A DNA stretch of 53,524 nucleotides from Octopus bimaculoides (GCF_001194135.2 NC_068984.1:26530461-26583984), one strand, 5' to 3'; positions 38,536 through 51,299 are shown, numbered from the stretch's first letter. Translations and numbers: made by a program. The notes: a model not told the origin generated them from the sequence alone.

Positions 38536-39347
38536 NNNNNNNNNNNNNNNNNNNNNNNNNNNNNNNNNNNNNNNNNNNNNNNNNNNNNNNNNNNNNNNNN
38601 NNNNNNNNNNNNNNNNNNNNNNNNNNNNNNNNNNNNNNNNNNNNNNNNNNNNNNNNNNNNNNNNNNNNNNNNNNNNNNNNNNNNNNNNNNNNNNNNNNNN
38701 NNNNNNNNNNNNNNNNNNNNNNNNNNNNNNNNNNNNNNNNNNNNNNNNNNNNNNNNNNNNNNNNNNNNNNNNNNNNNNNNNNNNNNNNNNNNNNNNNNNN
38801 NNNNNNNNNNNNNNNNNNNNNNNNNNNNNNNNNNNNNNNNNNNNNNNNNNNNNNNNNNNNNNNNNNNNNNNNNNNNNNNNNNNNNNNNNNNNNNNNNNNN
38901 NNNNNNNNNNNNNNNNNNNNNNNNNNNNNNNNNNNNNNNNNNNNNNNNNNNNNNNNNNNNNNNNNNNNNNNNNNNNNNNNNNNNNNNNNNNNNNNNNNNN
39001 NNNNNNNNNNNNNNNNNNNNNNNNNNNNNNNNNNNNNNNNNNNNNNNNNNNNNNNNNNNNNNNNNNNNNNNNNNNNNNNNNNNNNNNNNNNNNNNNNNNN
39101 NNNNNNNNNNNNNNNNNNNNNNNNNNNNNNNNNNNNNNNNNNNNNNNNNNNNNNNNNNNNNNNNNNNNNNNNNNNNNNNNNNNNNNNNNNNNNNNNNNNN
39201 NNNNNNNNNNNNNNNNNNNNNNNNNNNNNNNNNNNNNNNNNNNNNNNNNNNNNNNNNNNNNNNNNNNNNNNNNNNNNNNNNNNNNNNNNNNNNNNNNNNN
39301 NNNNNNNNNNNNNNNNNNNNNNNNNNNNNNNNNNNNNNNNNNNNNAG

Positions 39348-39665
39348 ATGATGATGATGATGATGATGATGACGATGATGATGATGATGATGATGACGAT
39401 GATGATGATGAAGATGATGATGATGATGATGACGACGATTATGATGATGATGATGATGATGATGAAGATGATGATGATGATGATGATGATGACGATGATG
39501 ATGATGATGATGATGACGATGATGATGATGAAGATGATGATGATGATGATGATGATGACGACGACGATTATGATGACGACGATGATGACAACGAAGATGA
39601 TGATGAAGAGTATGAGGATGAAGATGGGGATGCTGATGAGAAGTGTGATGGTAGTGATGCTGATG
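39348..39665. repeat. Long imperfect (GAT/GAC/GAA)n trinucleotide array
   Basis: Direct reading; adjacent to an N gap. Confidence 0.92.
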
Positions 39666-39909
39666 ACGGTAAAAAAAATAGAATCATAAATAATGCGATG
39701 GCCATAGTGGTGGTGGTTGTATTAGTGAAGAAGAAGGAGATCGAGAAAGAAGAGTAGTAATAGCCGCCATAATGCTGTATTAATAAATACTTTTACTTCA
39801 AATGATAGGGATCATTTAAGTAAGTGGCAGCGCAGTGGATGTATGCTTTCAGTTCATAATCTTTCATGTATGAATATATCTGTGCGTAAGTGTGCGTGTT
39901 TGCCTCACT

Positions 39910-39943
<34 letters not shown>

Positions 39944-40387
39944 CGGTGTCCATTTGTAGTTGAAGTTTCTGCATGTTTTCATTCTGAGCGTCAGAAGAGT
40001 GTATTCATATGATGGCATTTCTATGTGTCTAGGAGTATTTAAACGTGTGGAATTTGTTTCTATTTTAGTCTGAGGACACGCAATATCCTTGTCCTTTGCA
40101 TGTCTTCCCAGTGTGATGAGGTCGATGCGGCTAATACTCAGAAGAAAGATATTGAGGTAATAAGTTCTTCTTGGAATAAAGCTTTAGGTGATGAGTGTCA
40201 GCGTTGAGTCTTGGGAATAGACATAGTTGGCTTTTTAAAAAATGGGCTATGTGTGAATCGGGTATGCCTAGAAGGGGTGGTAGAAAACTTGCTAGTTTTA
40301 ATGAGTGGGAGCTGTTGAAGTAACGTTAGAGAATCTGAAGGAAGAGGATATAACGCCTCAGTATACCGGTAGTTACAGTATTTTAGT

Positions 40388-40540
40388 GAGTAGAGGTTAG
40401 CTAATATGTTGGATGGCATTTCGTCCGTCGTTGCGTTATGAGTTCAAATGCCGGTGTGGTCGACTTGCCACTTATCCTTTCGGGGTTGATATGATCAGCT
40501 TACCCTCCTCCCTGAAACTGTTGGCCTTGTGCCAAAGGCA
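40388..40540 (+). mobile_element. Diverged SINE family B
   Basis: GAGTTCAAATGCCG...GTCGACTTGCCACTTATCCTTTCGGGGTTGAT...CTGTTGGCCTTGTGCCAAA. Confidence 0.7.
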
Positions 40541-40967
40541 TAATTCCTTTTCTTCAACAGGCATAATTCCTTTTCTTCTATCAGCTTTAAACGAAGTCTA
40601 GTCAGATTTCTTCAACGAAAACCAGACAAGCCACCCATACCTGGATACAACTCATTCAATAAGAACTTACAACTTGAATGGACCATAAACAAAACTTGAC
40701 TTAAAAAGGATTTAGATAATCCTATCAAGTGGTGCTATTAAGTTAGACGTGGCCTAGACCAATCTTTGGTCGAAACATATCTAAGTTTATCTAAGTTTAT
40801 CAATATGTTGGTTGGACATTCATTGCTTGGATGCATTCTAGAATGTTTGTATATTGCAGTAGTTCTATTTGAGATAATAAAATAATTAGATGATTTGATC
40901 AGTGTTGAATTAATTCCTAGTTCTGAACAAAAGTGGCTTACCTTTCAGATGAAAATTTTCGTAATCC

Positions 40968-41200
40968 TTTCTACTATAGGCACAAGACTTGAAATTTTGG
41001 GGCAGGGGGCCAGGCAGTTACATCCACCCCAGTGTTTCAGTGGTACTTAATTTATCGACCCCGAAAGGAAGAAAGGTAAATTCGACCTCGGAGGAATTTG
41101 AACACAGAAAGGCGAATACAGAACGAGCGAATAGAGAACGAGCGAAATACTGTTAAGTATTTCATCCAGCGTACTAACAATTCTGCCAGCTCGCCGCCTT
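40968..41200 (-). mobile_element. SINE family B monomer
   Basis: CTACTATAGGCACAAG tail to TTCTGCCAGCTCGCCGCCTT head. Confidence 0.85.
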
Positions 41201-41225
41201 AGATGCAATTTCAATAAGGCTATAC

Positions 41226-41345
41226 ACATGGTGTGGCTTCATGGCTAAGAAGCTCGCTCCTTAACCAGGTGGTTTCCAGTTCAGTCCCACTCTCGGTACT
41301 TAGTAAGTGCCTTCTACTGTAGCCCTGAGCCGACCATTACCTTTG
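41226..41345 (+). mobile_element. SINE family A 5' fragment
   Basis: GGCTAAGAAGCTCGCTCC...GTTCAGTCCCAC...CTTCTACTGTAGCCCTGAGCCGACC. Confidence 0.65.
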
Positions 41346-41369
41346 GTTGTGTGAGACATTTGGAAGGAT

Positions 41370-41880
41370 ATATTAATGAGGCTGGTTTCGGTTATTCATT
41401 TAAATATCTCACGTAGGTTAAATGCTGATGCACATATTTGCTGCCAAAGATGATCAGTATAGTAATTAGTGGAGTTTAAACTAATTAACTGACCTAAAAC
41501 ATCAGAAGGTTCTGGCAGTAGATGGTATTGTGCAGTTCGTAGAAATCTTTTTTAGGAAATAGTCAGAAGATCCTATTGCTGAAGACACTTTCAAGGCAGA
41601 ATAAAGAGTAGGTTTGCAAGTAAGGAAGAAATTAATAGTATATGGTTAGACACTATGGGGCCGAAGCATAGTTCAATATCGCAAACATAGAACAGCAGAA
41701 TAACTACGATAGGAGTACAAGAGGATTGGACAGAAAACCAATCGAAGTGCTCTGTTCGCATCTATAATGAAGATCCAACGCGAGAAAATTAGTTTGAAAA
41801 ATCAAACGTCAGTAGTTCCTATTAATATTACTGTGTTCCAGTTCTTTATTTGATTTACGAGAGACATTGTTGGCTATGTA
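41370..41880 (+). mobile_element. Possible highly decayed RTE-like reverse transcriptase fragment
   Basis: Colinear weak motifs EAGFG (QAGFR), FVEIF (FVDFEK), IGVQED...LFASIM (GVRQGD.SP.LF), I*FTRDIV (LRFADDIV), with stops and frameshifts. Confidence 0.35.
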
Positions 41881-43868
41881 GACAGTGTCATGACCAAGGC
41901 ATTATTTTTTTAATCTATAACCTGGTTCAGGTAGCAGTTAGTTACACAACTGTATCAACAAGGATACTGAAAAGTTAAAAAAGAATATTTTGGTAGCTTA
42001 TAAACTTGAGTTCTTGTCCTCCCCTGGGCCTGGCGGAGTCAACATAAAGCACTCGAGTGAATTCATACCAAATTCTTGAAATCGGTAAGATCAGCATGAG
42101 TTACAAAACACACCTTCAACGGCAAAAAAAACAAGAAAAACAAGGACAAAAAAGCCAGCAGCAATAGTAATTTGGGCATCACATTTTTGTTGATTTTTTT
42201 TTAATACTTGTAAGATAATTCAAAACCAACTGCTGTTGTAAAATGTGTTGTGTACGTTAGTTTACATTACAACAGCTAATACAAAGCTGGTGAAAAAGTG
42301 AGTTAGTTGAGGCAGCTGCATTTCAATTGTAACCAGATGTTGATTTGTGAGAAAGAGAAAATTGTCCTTATCAATGACCACACTAAGTCTTTTTTTAGTT
42401 TCAAGGATGAGGCCCATCAATCGAAAAGAATAGTTCAAATTGATTAGACTACAATGAAAGCATGCATTTATCTGTTTTCCAAATCGAACGTATTTACTAT
42501 CAATAAAACGAAGCAGTAAGTTATACAAACCGTCCTGCTGCAACTTAGTGCTCCCACTGTGTGTCATATTTTTAAATACCTTAGAGACATCAGCGAAAAA
42601 AGTCAGCATATGCTTTCAATTAACAGCGTCATATCATTTATGGACTTAAGAAACAATACTGGACTTAATACAGAATCCAGTGCGAAGTCGTTTCTTACTT
42701 CCAAGAACAACCTAATTTGTAACTAATGTAAAATTTTTCCCAAGATAACTGAAGTGAAACAATTATTCCCCGCTCTATTCGTTCATTACCATTGAGGGAC
42801 AGTTTGGGTTCATCAGTCGATTGTAAAACCCTTTTAGAATGAGATACTGGTAACCTGATTTGATAGACTTGATAGAATGTCGGACAGAATGACTCACGTA
42901 CTTGTTCCGATTCTCTATGCTCTGAGTTCAAATCCTGCCGAAGTCAACTTTGCTTTTCATTCTTTCGAGTTTGGTGGATTGGCGGAACTGTGAAAACGAC
43001 AGACCGGATACCTTCCAGTGTGTGTCATGGTTCTTTGCTCTCTGAGTTGGAATCCCACCACTACCATTTAGTCATTTGGATGAATTGCAGTGTCCATATA
43101 ATATCTGAACATTTAGAATGTTTTTTGCCTCTTTGATACTGTTGAAACATTCCCGCCAAAAGCTTCCAATTCTGTCTGAACTTTCTATACAAAAGATCTT
43201 GTAGCATTTAAAAAGTTGGCAGTTTCTAGATCATTGTGTTCTGTACATACGGAAACAATGACTGCATGTCTTTTCAGTTTGTGTTTAGTATTTTACCTGA
43301 TATGAGGTATCTGAAAAAAGTAAACGCCTTTTACTTGGTGTGTCCTCAAATACCTCTCGCATTTGTACTTCACAAAGCAATCACTATAAGACCCTCTCTC
43401 ATTCACAATATTAAACATTACACATTCCTACTACGTAACTCATCAATCTGTCCAGTTATGAACAATGTTATTTTCATAAACATCAATGACTGGATCTATT
43501 GAAGTAACTACTTCTCGGGCTTAACGTTTTCAGATTTTAAACGCTCATAGGGGTCCTTTTACTTACTAATTGCTTGAATAATCTAAGTCGACTGAAATAT
43601 TTCAACTCATTATATTGCATATGTGAAAATCTACCGTATTTGTATTTAATATACAAAACGCTCCTCTGAGCTGTTTACACACAACTATAATGTCGAATAA
43701 TAAGCACATCACCCAGACTGTCTTTCTCAGAAGTATAAACAGTGGTATTCCCCCCACGTCCGTGGTTTTCTACAGATGTTACAAACTGAACATCAACCAC
43801 TACAATCTCACCAGTATGTAAAGGCCAACAAAGATCTTGGGCATTATCATCCTCATCTCTTTTATCTT

Positions 43869-44065
43869 CTTTTACTTGTTTCAGTCGTTAGACTGCGGCC
43901 ATGCTAGGGCACTGGCTTTAATTTTTTGTCGAAGGAATCGACTTCAGTGCTTATTTATTTATTTATTTATTTAAACCTGGTACTTAATCTATCAATCTCT
44001 TTGCCGAACCGCTAAGTTATTGGAACGAAAACAAGCCAACACCGGTTGTTATGCGGTGGTGGTAG
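43869..44065 (-). mobile_element. SINE family A tail (runs toward an N gap)
   Basis: TTTTACTTGTTTCAGTCGTTAGACTGCGGCCATGC...GCCGAACCGCTAAGTTA. Confidence 0.8.
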
Positions 44066-45113
44066 CCCCCCGTATATATATATATATATATATATATATA
44101 TNNNNNNNNNNNNNNNNNNNNNNNNNNNNNNNNNNNNNNNNNNNNNNNNNNNNNNNNNNNNNNNNNNNNNNNNNNNNNNNNNNNNNNNNNNNNNNNNNNN
44201 NNNNNNNNNNNNNNNNNNNNNNNNNNNNNNNNNNNNNNNNNNNNNNNNNNNNNNNNNNNNNNNNNNNNNNNNNNNNNNNNNNNNNNNNNNNNNNNNNNNN
44301 NNNNNNNNNNNNNNNNNNNNNNNNNNNNNNNNNNNNNNNNNNNNNNNNNNNNNNNNNNNNNNNNNNNNNNNNNNNNNNNNNNNNNNNNNNNNNNNNNNNN
44401 NNNNNNNNNNNNNNNNNNNNNNNNNNNNNNNNNNNNNNNNNNNNNNNNNNNNNNNNNNNNNNNNNNNNNNNNNNNNNNNNNNNNNNNNNNNNNNNNNNNN
44501 NNNNNNNNNNNNNNNNNNNNNNNNNNNNNNNNNNNNNNNNNNNNNNNNNNNNNNNNNNNNNNNNNNNNNNNNNNNNNNNNNNNNNNNNNNNNNNNNNNNN
44601 NNNNNNNNNNNNNNNNNNNNNNNNNNNNNNNNNNNNNNNNNNNNNNNNNNNNNNNNNNNNNNNNNNNNNNNNNNNNNNNNNNNNNNNNNNNNNNNNNNNN
44701 NNNNNNNNNNNNNNNNNNNNNNNNNNNNNNNNNNNNNNNNNNNNNNNNNNNNNNNNNNNNNNNNNNNNNNNNNNNNNNNNNNNNNNNNNNNNNNNNNNNN
44801 NNNNNNNNNNNNNNNNNNNNNNNNNNNNNNNNNNNNNNTCATGCTTGGATTTGTAAACTATGATAAGAATAACACTGGTCAACAAAGAATTTGTCCGAAG
44901 AAAAAGAATACCTGTATCTTGTATGTTTTTACGAAATGTTCTTAATTAGCAACGAACCTTTTATTATTAATGCTGAATTACTGATTATATTTACACTAAT
45001 CAATGTTGGAGAAAAATCACCTTAATTTGCAATAAAAATACTTTTAAAAAATGAAGGTAATAAGAAATGTTTTAAGAACCCAAATGTTGAAATAGTTAAT
45101 ATTATATTGGAAG

Positions 45114-45157
<44 letters not shown>

Positions 45158-45984
45158 GCGACTGTACTTTATGTGAGTCTGTGTTCGATATACCCGGCGT
45201 GAATAACTAGCCAAATCGAGAGCGACCTTGGTATTTAATATATGTAACAGTACAGTTATAAGTACTACGAGAGTACCACAAAACTTACCAAATGTAGAAA
45301 TATATTAATGTACCCCGAAATTATATAAAATAACACACATGCACACACCCACCAAGTCGTGGGTCACCCTGGTAATTGATATATATATATAACAATGCAA
45401 TTATAGGCGGTTTTACGTTTTCCACAATGATATGTGCCACCAAGCTTATTGAATATAAGAAGGCTGAGATGTATATTAAACAACACGCAGACGTCTGTAC
45501 TTCGTGCAAGTTTGTGCTCGATATGAACAGACGTAGATACCCAACCAAGTCGGGGGCCAACTTAGTATTTTAAATATTAACACACAGAAAGAAGCACAGA
45601 AAAATACTAACACACAGAAGCACAGAAAACTATGTAATATACTAACACACAGAAAAATTCAAACAAAACACGCGGGTGAAAAGAATCTCGCGGTGTGAAG
45701 AATTAAGTGTGAAAAATCAACATAGACACCAGCGGCACAGACACCAGTGATCCACAACGCAGTGTGTAGTTGTCATGGTAACAAGCTACTAATGTCACGC
45801 TGTTTGTTGATTGGTTAAAATTATTCAAATTTCCTAACTTTAATGCCAAATAACATCAGATTCTTTAATTTACAAGATAAAGTAATTGGTTGACCGTAAT
45901 CAAAATTCAGAGTTGCATCGATACACCAAAATTGAAAGCGATCTGAGCAAAATTAAGGGGGTCGCATTTTGTGAATGAGAAAGA

Positions 45985-46505
45985 CTGGATCCTATAGTAG
46001 AAAACGTTTGCTCAAGGTGCTACGCAGTAGGACTGAACCCGGAACAATGTGGTTGAGAAACAAGCTTCTTTATTTCATAAATATTTGCCATAAAGGCATT
46101 ACAAAGAGGGGACGAACAAGGACAGATAAACATAAAAGGGGTGAAGTAGCTGTATCGATTAAATATTTACAATTTTAAATACACAATAAAAATTGGATAT
46201 TTACAATGTTCGATTGAAGCATTGCTCATTACAGATGCAATTTGTAATGGCTTTCCTGAAGGATAGGCATCCGACCACCAGGGTAGACCCCTTACTTTTT
46301 CTTTCCCTTGTTTTTGGCTCCCACTTACCCGGTGCCAAACACTCCCAGCTTCCTCGCCACAGGCTTCCATCTTCTCATGAATCTGTCTCGTGACAGATAC
46401 CTCTTCTCCAGCCTGATCTTACTACTGAGGTGGTAACAAAAAAAGTTAACTAACCCCTGGCCAGATACAAAGGTATCCGTCACTTACACAACCACGCCTG
46501 CGCCT
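45985..46505 (-). mobile_element. SINE family A head split by a LINE insertion (halves 45985-46070 and 46483-46505)
   Basis: ...GGACTGAACCCGGAACAATGTGGTTGAGAAACAAGCTTCTT | insert | CTTACACAACCACGCCTGCGCCT. Confidence 0.8.
46071..46482 (-). mobile_element. 5'-truncated L1/Tx1-like LINE: ORF2 C-terminus plus 3' UTR and tail
   Basis: Open frame SGQGLVNFFCYHLSSKIRLEKRYLSRDRFMRRWKPVARKLGVFGTG* (stop 46325-46327). The F...L..KIR.E...L....F..RW pattern recalls Tx1-clade C-termini. The 3' end TCTGTCCTTGTTCGTCCCCTCT...GAAATA is similar to the SINE-B tail. Confidence 0.5.
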
Positions 46506-46775
46506 AACTGTGCATTTTATATTAAAAATAATAAATAAGATATAAAATAAAGCTTCCAACACTCTTTCAGACTTCATCTTAACCCATAGTCAGACACTTT
46601 ACCCATTGTGATACAAGCCATTTACCAGCGAGCCAACAACGGATTCATTACCTGGTTGCACGACCTTCTTGTATTATCAACGAAATTTCTCTGATACCGC
46701 AACCTATCGTATATAATAAAGAAGGATATATGGCACAATGTAGTGCTATGGCTATGTTGACGAAATAATCAGATC

Positions 46776-47128
46776 TGGTTCTGGGTTCAGTCCCACTGTG
46801 TGGCACCTTGGGCAAGTGTCTTCTATAGCCTCGGGCCGACCAAAGACTTGTGAGTGGATTTGGTAGACGGAAACTGAAAGAAGCCCGTCGTATATATGTA
46901 TGTATGTGTGTGTATATATTTGTGTGTCTGTGTTTGTCACCCCAGCATCGCTTAACAACCGATGCTGGTGTGTTTAAGTCCCCGTAACTTAGCGGTTCGG
47001 CAAAAAGAGACCGATAGAATAAGTACTAAGCTTACAAAGAATAAGTCCTGGGGTCGATTTGCTCGACTAAAGGCGGTGCTCCAGCATGGCCGCAGTCAAA
47101 TGACTGAAACAAGTAAAAGAGTAAAAGA
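46776..47128 (+). mobile_element. SINE family A, young, head-truncated
   Basis: Near-consensus body and tail ending AAGTAAAAGAGTAAAAGAG. Confidence 0.92.
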
Positions 47129-47961
47129 GATCTGGCAACTCAAGGAGCTTCTGGGGTTAGGCAACAACAACTTCACCTCAGCTAATTTCTAGCAACATTT
47201 AAACTAGCCATCAGAGCAAGCGCTTTGACGAAAACTGTTGTACCATCTCCGGCATTAATATTTAATTTACGAACAAAGGTGGTTGCTTCTATGTAGCTAC
47301 ACGCCCTGCTAAAAATAGTAGTCAAATCTTTCACGCATCACATTTTACCGTCTTAAAAAGAATAATGCACACTGGATAATGTACACTATGAAGATATTTG
47401 TCGAAGGTGCCATGCAGTGGGACTGAACCTGAAACCACGTGCTTACAAGCGAACTTCTTAACCCCATATTTGCTATACAGCTGTCTACGGATTTGGTAGG
47501 AGGGATATAACCGTTTAAATCAAACGCATTACTTCTTTAACCCGCCTCAGTAGGATAAAAGCCGTAACATTTGAATTCGAACATAAAGGATATGATTAAA
47601 TATCCCCAAAGCACTGTAACGACTGTGCTTCTCCATCGCCAATTCTTCATATATAAGCGACAAAATGAAAATTAATAACTCTCTGGTAGATATTTAAAAC
47701 TTATAATTATTAGACCATTTATAGAACTGGAATGATTCTCGTTTCTTTTTGTTAAAACAGAATGAATTAAGTACACAACGCGTGCATATTCTTCATCTAG
47801 TTCTTCTTTTCTTTCTTTCTTTCTTTCTTTCTTTCGTTCTTTCGTTCATGCGATTGGGCCCTACTGAATGTCTTTCTCCCCGCCGTCCCTTCCCCGCACA
47901 ACCTCATTTCTAAACATGCTGGCAGGTATCAGAGTTATGACCTGACACGACCTATACTGAC

Positions 47962-48006
47962 CTGATTGAAATGTATTTTTTGGCCAGCTGCTGAACATCT
48001 GTAGCC
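47962..48006 (-). other. Candidate 45-nt internal exon
   Basis: TTTTATTTTATTTACTTCCAG acceptor and CAG|GTCAGT donor; length divisible by 3; all three frames open (one reads ATDVQQLAKKYISI). Confidence 0.3.
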
Positions 48007-48664
48007 CTGGAAGTAAATAAAATAAAACCTCATCAAAGCAAACAAGATTATTTGTTTTATTTTTTTTTCTAAAAATTTACTAAACGTTTTCTCCACACAC
48101 ACNNNNNNNNNNNNNNNNNNNNNNNNNNNNNNNNNNNNNNNNNNNNNNNNNNNNNNNNNNNNNNNNNNNNNNNNNNNNNNNNNNNNNNNNNNNNNNNNNN
48201 NNNNNNNNNNNNNNNNNNNNNNNNNNNNNNNNNNNNNNNNNNNNNNNNNNNNNNNNNNNNNNNNNNNNNNNNNNNNNNNNNNNNNNNNNNNNNNNNNNNT
48301 ATATATATACATATATATATATATATAATATCGTCGAGCATATAAAAATGGAATCGCTCTATTTTTCACATATTTAGTGTGCATTTTTTTTCACTTATGA
48401 ACAAATGAAAAATATGTAGAGTATATCCAAGTCATTACCTATTTCGCCTTCGTATAAACGGAAGTACATATATTTTTTATTACTTGACCGAGCTTATTTG
48501 TCTATCTTAGATACGTTGACAATATTTTTAGCTTATTGTTGAAGAATCTATTACTCTATTAATATTCTGCTAATTCTAAATAATTAGTTCTAATATGAAA
48601 TATATGACCGGAAATTCATGAGTAGCTGTCACCGTATTCATTTCATTGATTAAAGCTTCGCAAG

Positions 48665-48850
48665 GAGGCGTGCTAGCAAAATCGTTAGCACGCCGAACGC
48701 AATGTTTTGCAGTCATTCGTCCGTCTTTACCTTCTGATTTCAAATTCAGCCGAGGTTAGCTTTGCCTTTCGAGGTTGAGAAAATGTGTAGCAGTCGATAT
48801 AATTGACTTAACCCCACCATAATTTTAGGCTTTGTTCCTATAGTAGAAAG
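48665..48850 (+). mobile_element. Diverged SINE family B
   Basis: TCGTTAGCACGCCG...TTCAAATTCAGCCGAGGTTAGCTTTGCCTTTC...TTTTAGGCTTTGTTCCTATAGTAGAAAG. Confidence 0.75.
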
Positions 48851-48904
48851 AATTAATTAAAACTTTTCATTTTACAATAATTCAGGAAATGAAATTTCGT
48901 ACTG

Positions 48905-49275
48905 TTTTCTTTCACTTGATTCAGTCGTTAAACTTGCGGCCATGCTGGAGCCCTCCCCCTTGAAGAGTTTAATCGAACAAATCGACCCGAGTATTTATTT
49001 TATGAACTGTGCTCGATCTATCGGTACCTTTTCACTGAACCGCTAAGTGACGTGGACGTAAATAAACCAAGACAGGAAGGCGTACATACGCGCACGCAGT
49101 CACATACTCACACACGCGCACACAAATTTATGCTATTTATATGATGTGTTTCCACAGTTTCTGTCTACCAAATTCGCTCACAAGGAATGGGCCGACCCGG
49201 AATTATAGTAGAAGACACTTGCTCAAAGTACCGCATATTGGAACGTAGTCACGTGGTTGCGAAGCATATGTCTTA
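48905..49275 (-). mobile_element. Diverged SINE family A
   Basis: TTCAGTCGTTAAACTTGCGGCCATGCTGGAGC tail to AGTAGAAGACACTTGCTCAA and CTTAACCACAC head. Confidence 0.8.
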
Positions 49276-50663
49276 ACCACACATCCATCCATACTTGTGC
49301 CATCACTAAACTTGTAATTTGAATTGATTAAAAATTTCTTCGTTTACAATTCTTTTGATGATTTCACATGGAGGAAGGTGCCAAAATTTATGGCTTTTGG
49401 ACCTCGTCCAGGGAAAGACTGAACTGGACTGGACTTGATGATATCGATTTCAGTACCAGATGGGTTGTAAATTCTTGTTAAGGGCAAAATCGACCTCGGA
49501 AGTTTTTGAACTTAGAAAGTAAAAAATCATGACATAAAATGCTACGAGTCCTTAAGTCCAATACCTTGGTACTTTTTGGTTATCTCACCACCATTAAAAA
49601 AATGGGTTATCTCCCCCAACTAAAAAAATTGTTTAAACCTCAATAAAACAAAAACAAAAAAATGAAAAATGAATAAACATGAAAAGTGAAAAGATTAAAC
49701 ATCTTATTGAATCTGATTGAATTTATTCATTTGGAATGTAGAAAAATTGTTATCTCCAGTTTTATATAGCCCGTGTGAAGTAATATTCCTCATGGATAGG
49801 AACTAGTCTCTTACGGAATTTCCTATGAGGAGATATCGTCGTTGCTTAGCTACAAATCGGTTCTGACTGAGCAGGCCAATGATAAAAGAAAAACATTCTG
49901 TCCACAACTAACACACCTTTATCGTGCACTGCGTATCAAAGCCTGTATTATTTAATATATCTTTAAGAGGGCACGTTGTGATTTCAGAGCGATTTGTGTA
50001 TTGTTTCTAGCAGGCTGAACCCCCACGTGAAAGCTCATTCTCTGGCGAAAAATATTTCTTACAAAACCTCACAATTCTTATAAAATCACATGAGAAATAT
50101 CATTCTCATGTTGATCTTTTCAGGTACGACCAGCCCCTTATATATAATAGTGTGCCCTATACCAACTGCTTCTTAAAATTCATCCCTTGCAACCCATTTT
50201 TATCAGACAAATATTTTTCGCGACCCAGTTTCAGTTAGAAAAATTCAATAATAAAATACGTAATAAAAGCTAACAAAATATAAAACAAGACCACACAAAA
50301 CTTTTTCTAATAGTAAGAAATATTTTATATGAATATCTTCAGCGGAATGGGTTTGTTTGTTTGTTTGGGTACAAAATATCAAACTGAGGCATAACATTTG
50401 TCAGTGACGTTCATAAGGGAATTTCTACATTCATAACAGTTGAGCGGTATTTTGTCTTCATTGTCACTGGCGCTGAAAAAGCAGATTCACATGAATGTGT
50501 TGAAGTAAAATAGTCGAAGAGCTGCCATTGCAAATCTAGATACTATTGGAAATTCTAAATTTTATATTCATCCAAAAACTGTTTAAGCTTGTTCTTGAAA
50601 ATTCTTGAAAATTCAAGTTTGAGACTTGAATCACAAGACAACTCTGCATGTAAACTCCTAAAG

Positions 50664-50695
50664 TAATAATAATAATAATAATGATAATAATAATG

Positions 50696-50763
<68 letters not shown>

Positions 50764-50852
50764 TATGATGATGATGATGATGAGGAGGAGGAGGAGGAAG
50801 GGGATGATGATGATGATGATGATAATGATGATAATAATAATAATAATAATAA
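50664..50852. repeat. Compound (AAT)n/(GAT)n/(GAG)n microsatellite
   Basis: Direct reading. Confidence 0.95.
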
Positions 50853-50969
50853 ACTTTCCTTGTTCCGTTGCTGTAATGGTGATTTGATTCCGTTTGGTGA
50901 TGTCTACTACAAAACATCTTTTACATTATTTACATTTGACGGATATTTGTCCTCATCTTGTTTGTTGTT

Positions 50970-51015
50970 AACACAACGTTTCGACTGATATACCCTCCAA
51001 CCTTCATCAGGTGTT
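50970..51015 (-). ncRNA. Minimal hammerhead ribozyme-like motif (left arm)
   Basis: Minus strand: AACAC-CTGATGA-A-GGTTG(gagggtatat)CAGTC-GAAA-CGT-T-GTGTT; helix II kept by G-U wobbles. Confidence 0.55.
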
Positions 51016-51091
51016 TTGGGGAAATTTCGAACCAAGGTTCTCATTCCTAAGGTATTTTTCGATGTTATTAACCACTACGCCATGTGCCCAC

Positions 51092-51165
51092 GGGCATATG
51101 GCGTAGTGGTTAAGAGCGCGGGCTACTAACCCCAAGATTCCGAGTTCGATTCCGGGCTGTGACCT
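51092..51165 (+). promoter_or_regulatory. tRNA-derived head with intact Pol III A-box and B-box
   Basis: A-box TGGCGTAGTGG 51099-51109; B-box GAGTTCGATTCC 51142-51153; anticodon-like loop CT-ACT-AA; stems too mismatched for a functional tRNA. Confidence 0.7.
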
Positions 51166-51194
51166 GAATAACAACAACAACAACAACAATAATG

Positions 51195-51237
<43 letters not shown>

Positions 51238-51299
51238 TAATAATAATAACATCGAAAAATACCTTGGGAATGAGAACCCAGGTTCGAAATTTCCCCCAA

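Noticed and set aside
39348-39689. Poly-Asp or poly-Met coding exon
   Set aside because: Microsatellite beside a gap; no unique coding flank or splice evidence
40740-40790. GACC...GGTC-GAAAC hammerhead-like half motif
   Set aside because: No CTGANGA core upstream; too degenerate to call
51092-51165. Functional tRNA gene with anticodon ACT (also 11080-11143)
   Set aside because: Anticodon and T stems are mismatched and the head is embedded in a repeated element: pseudo-tRNA head
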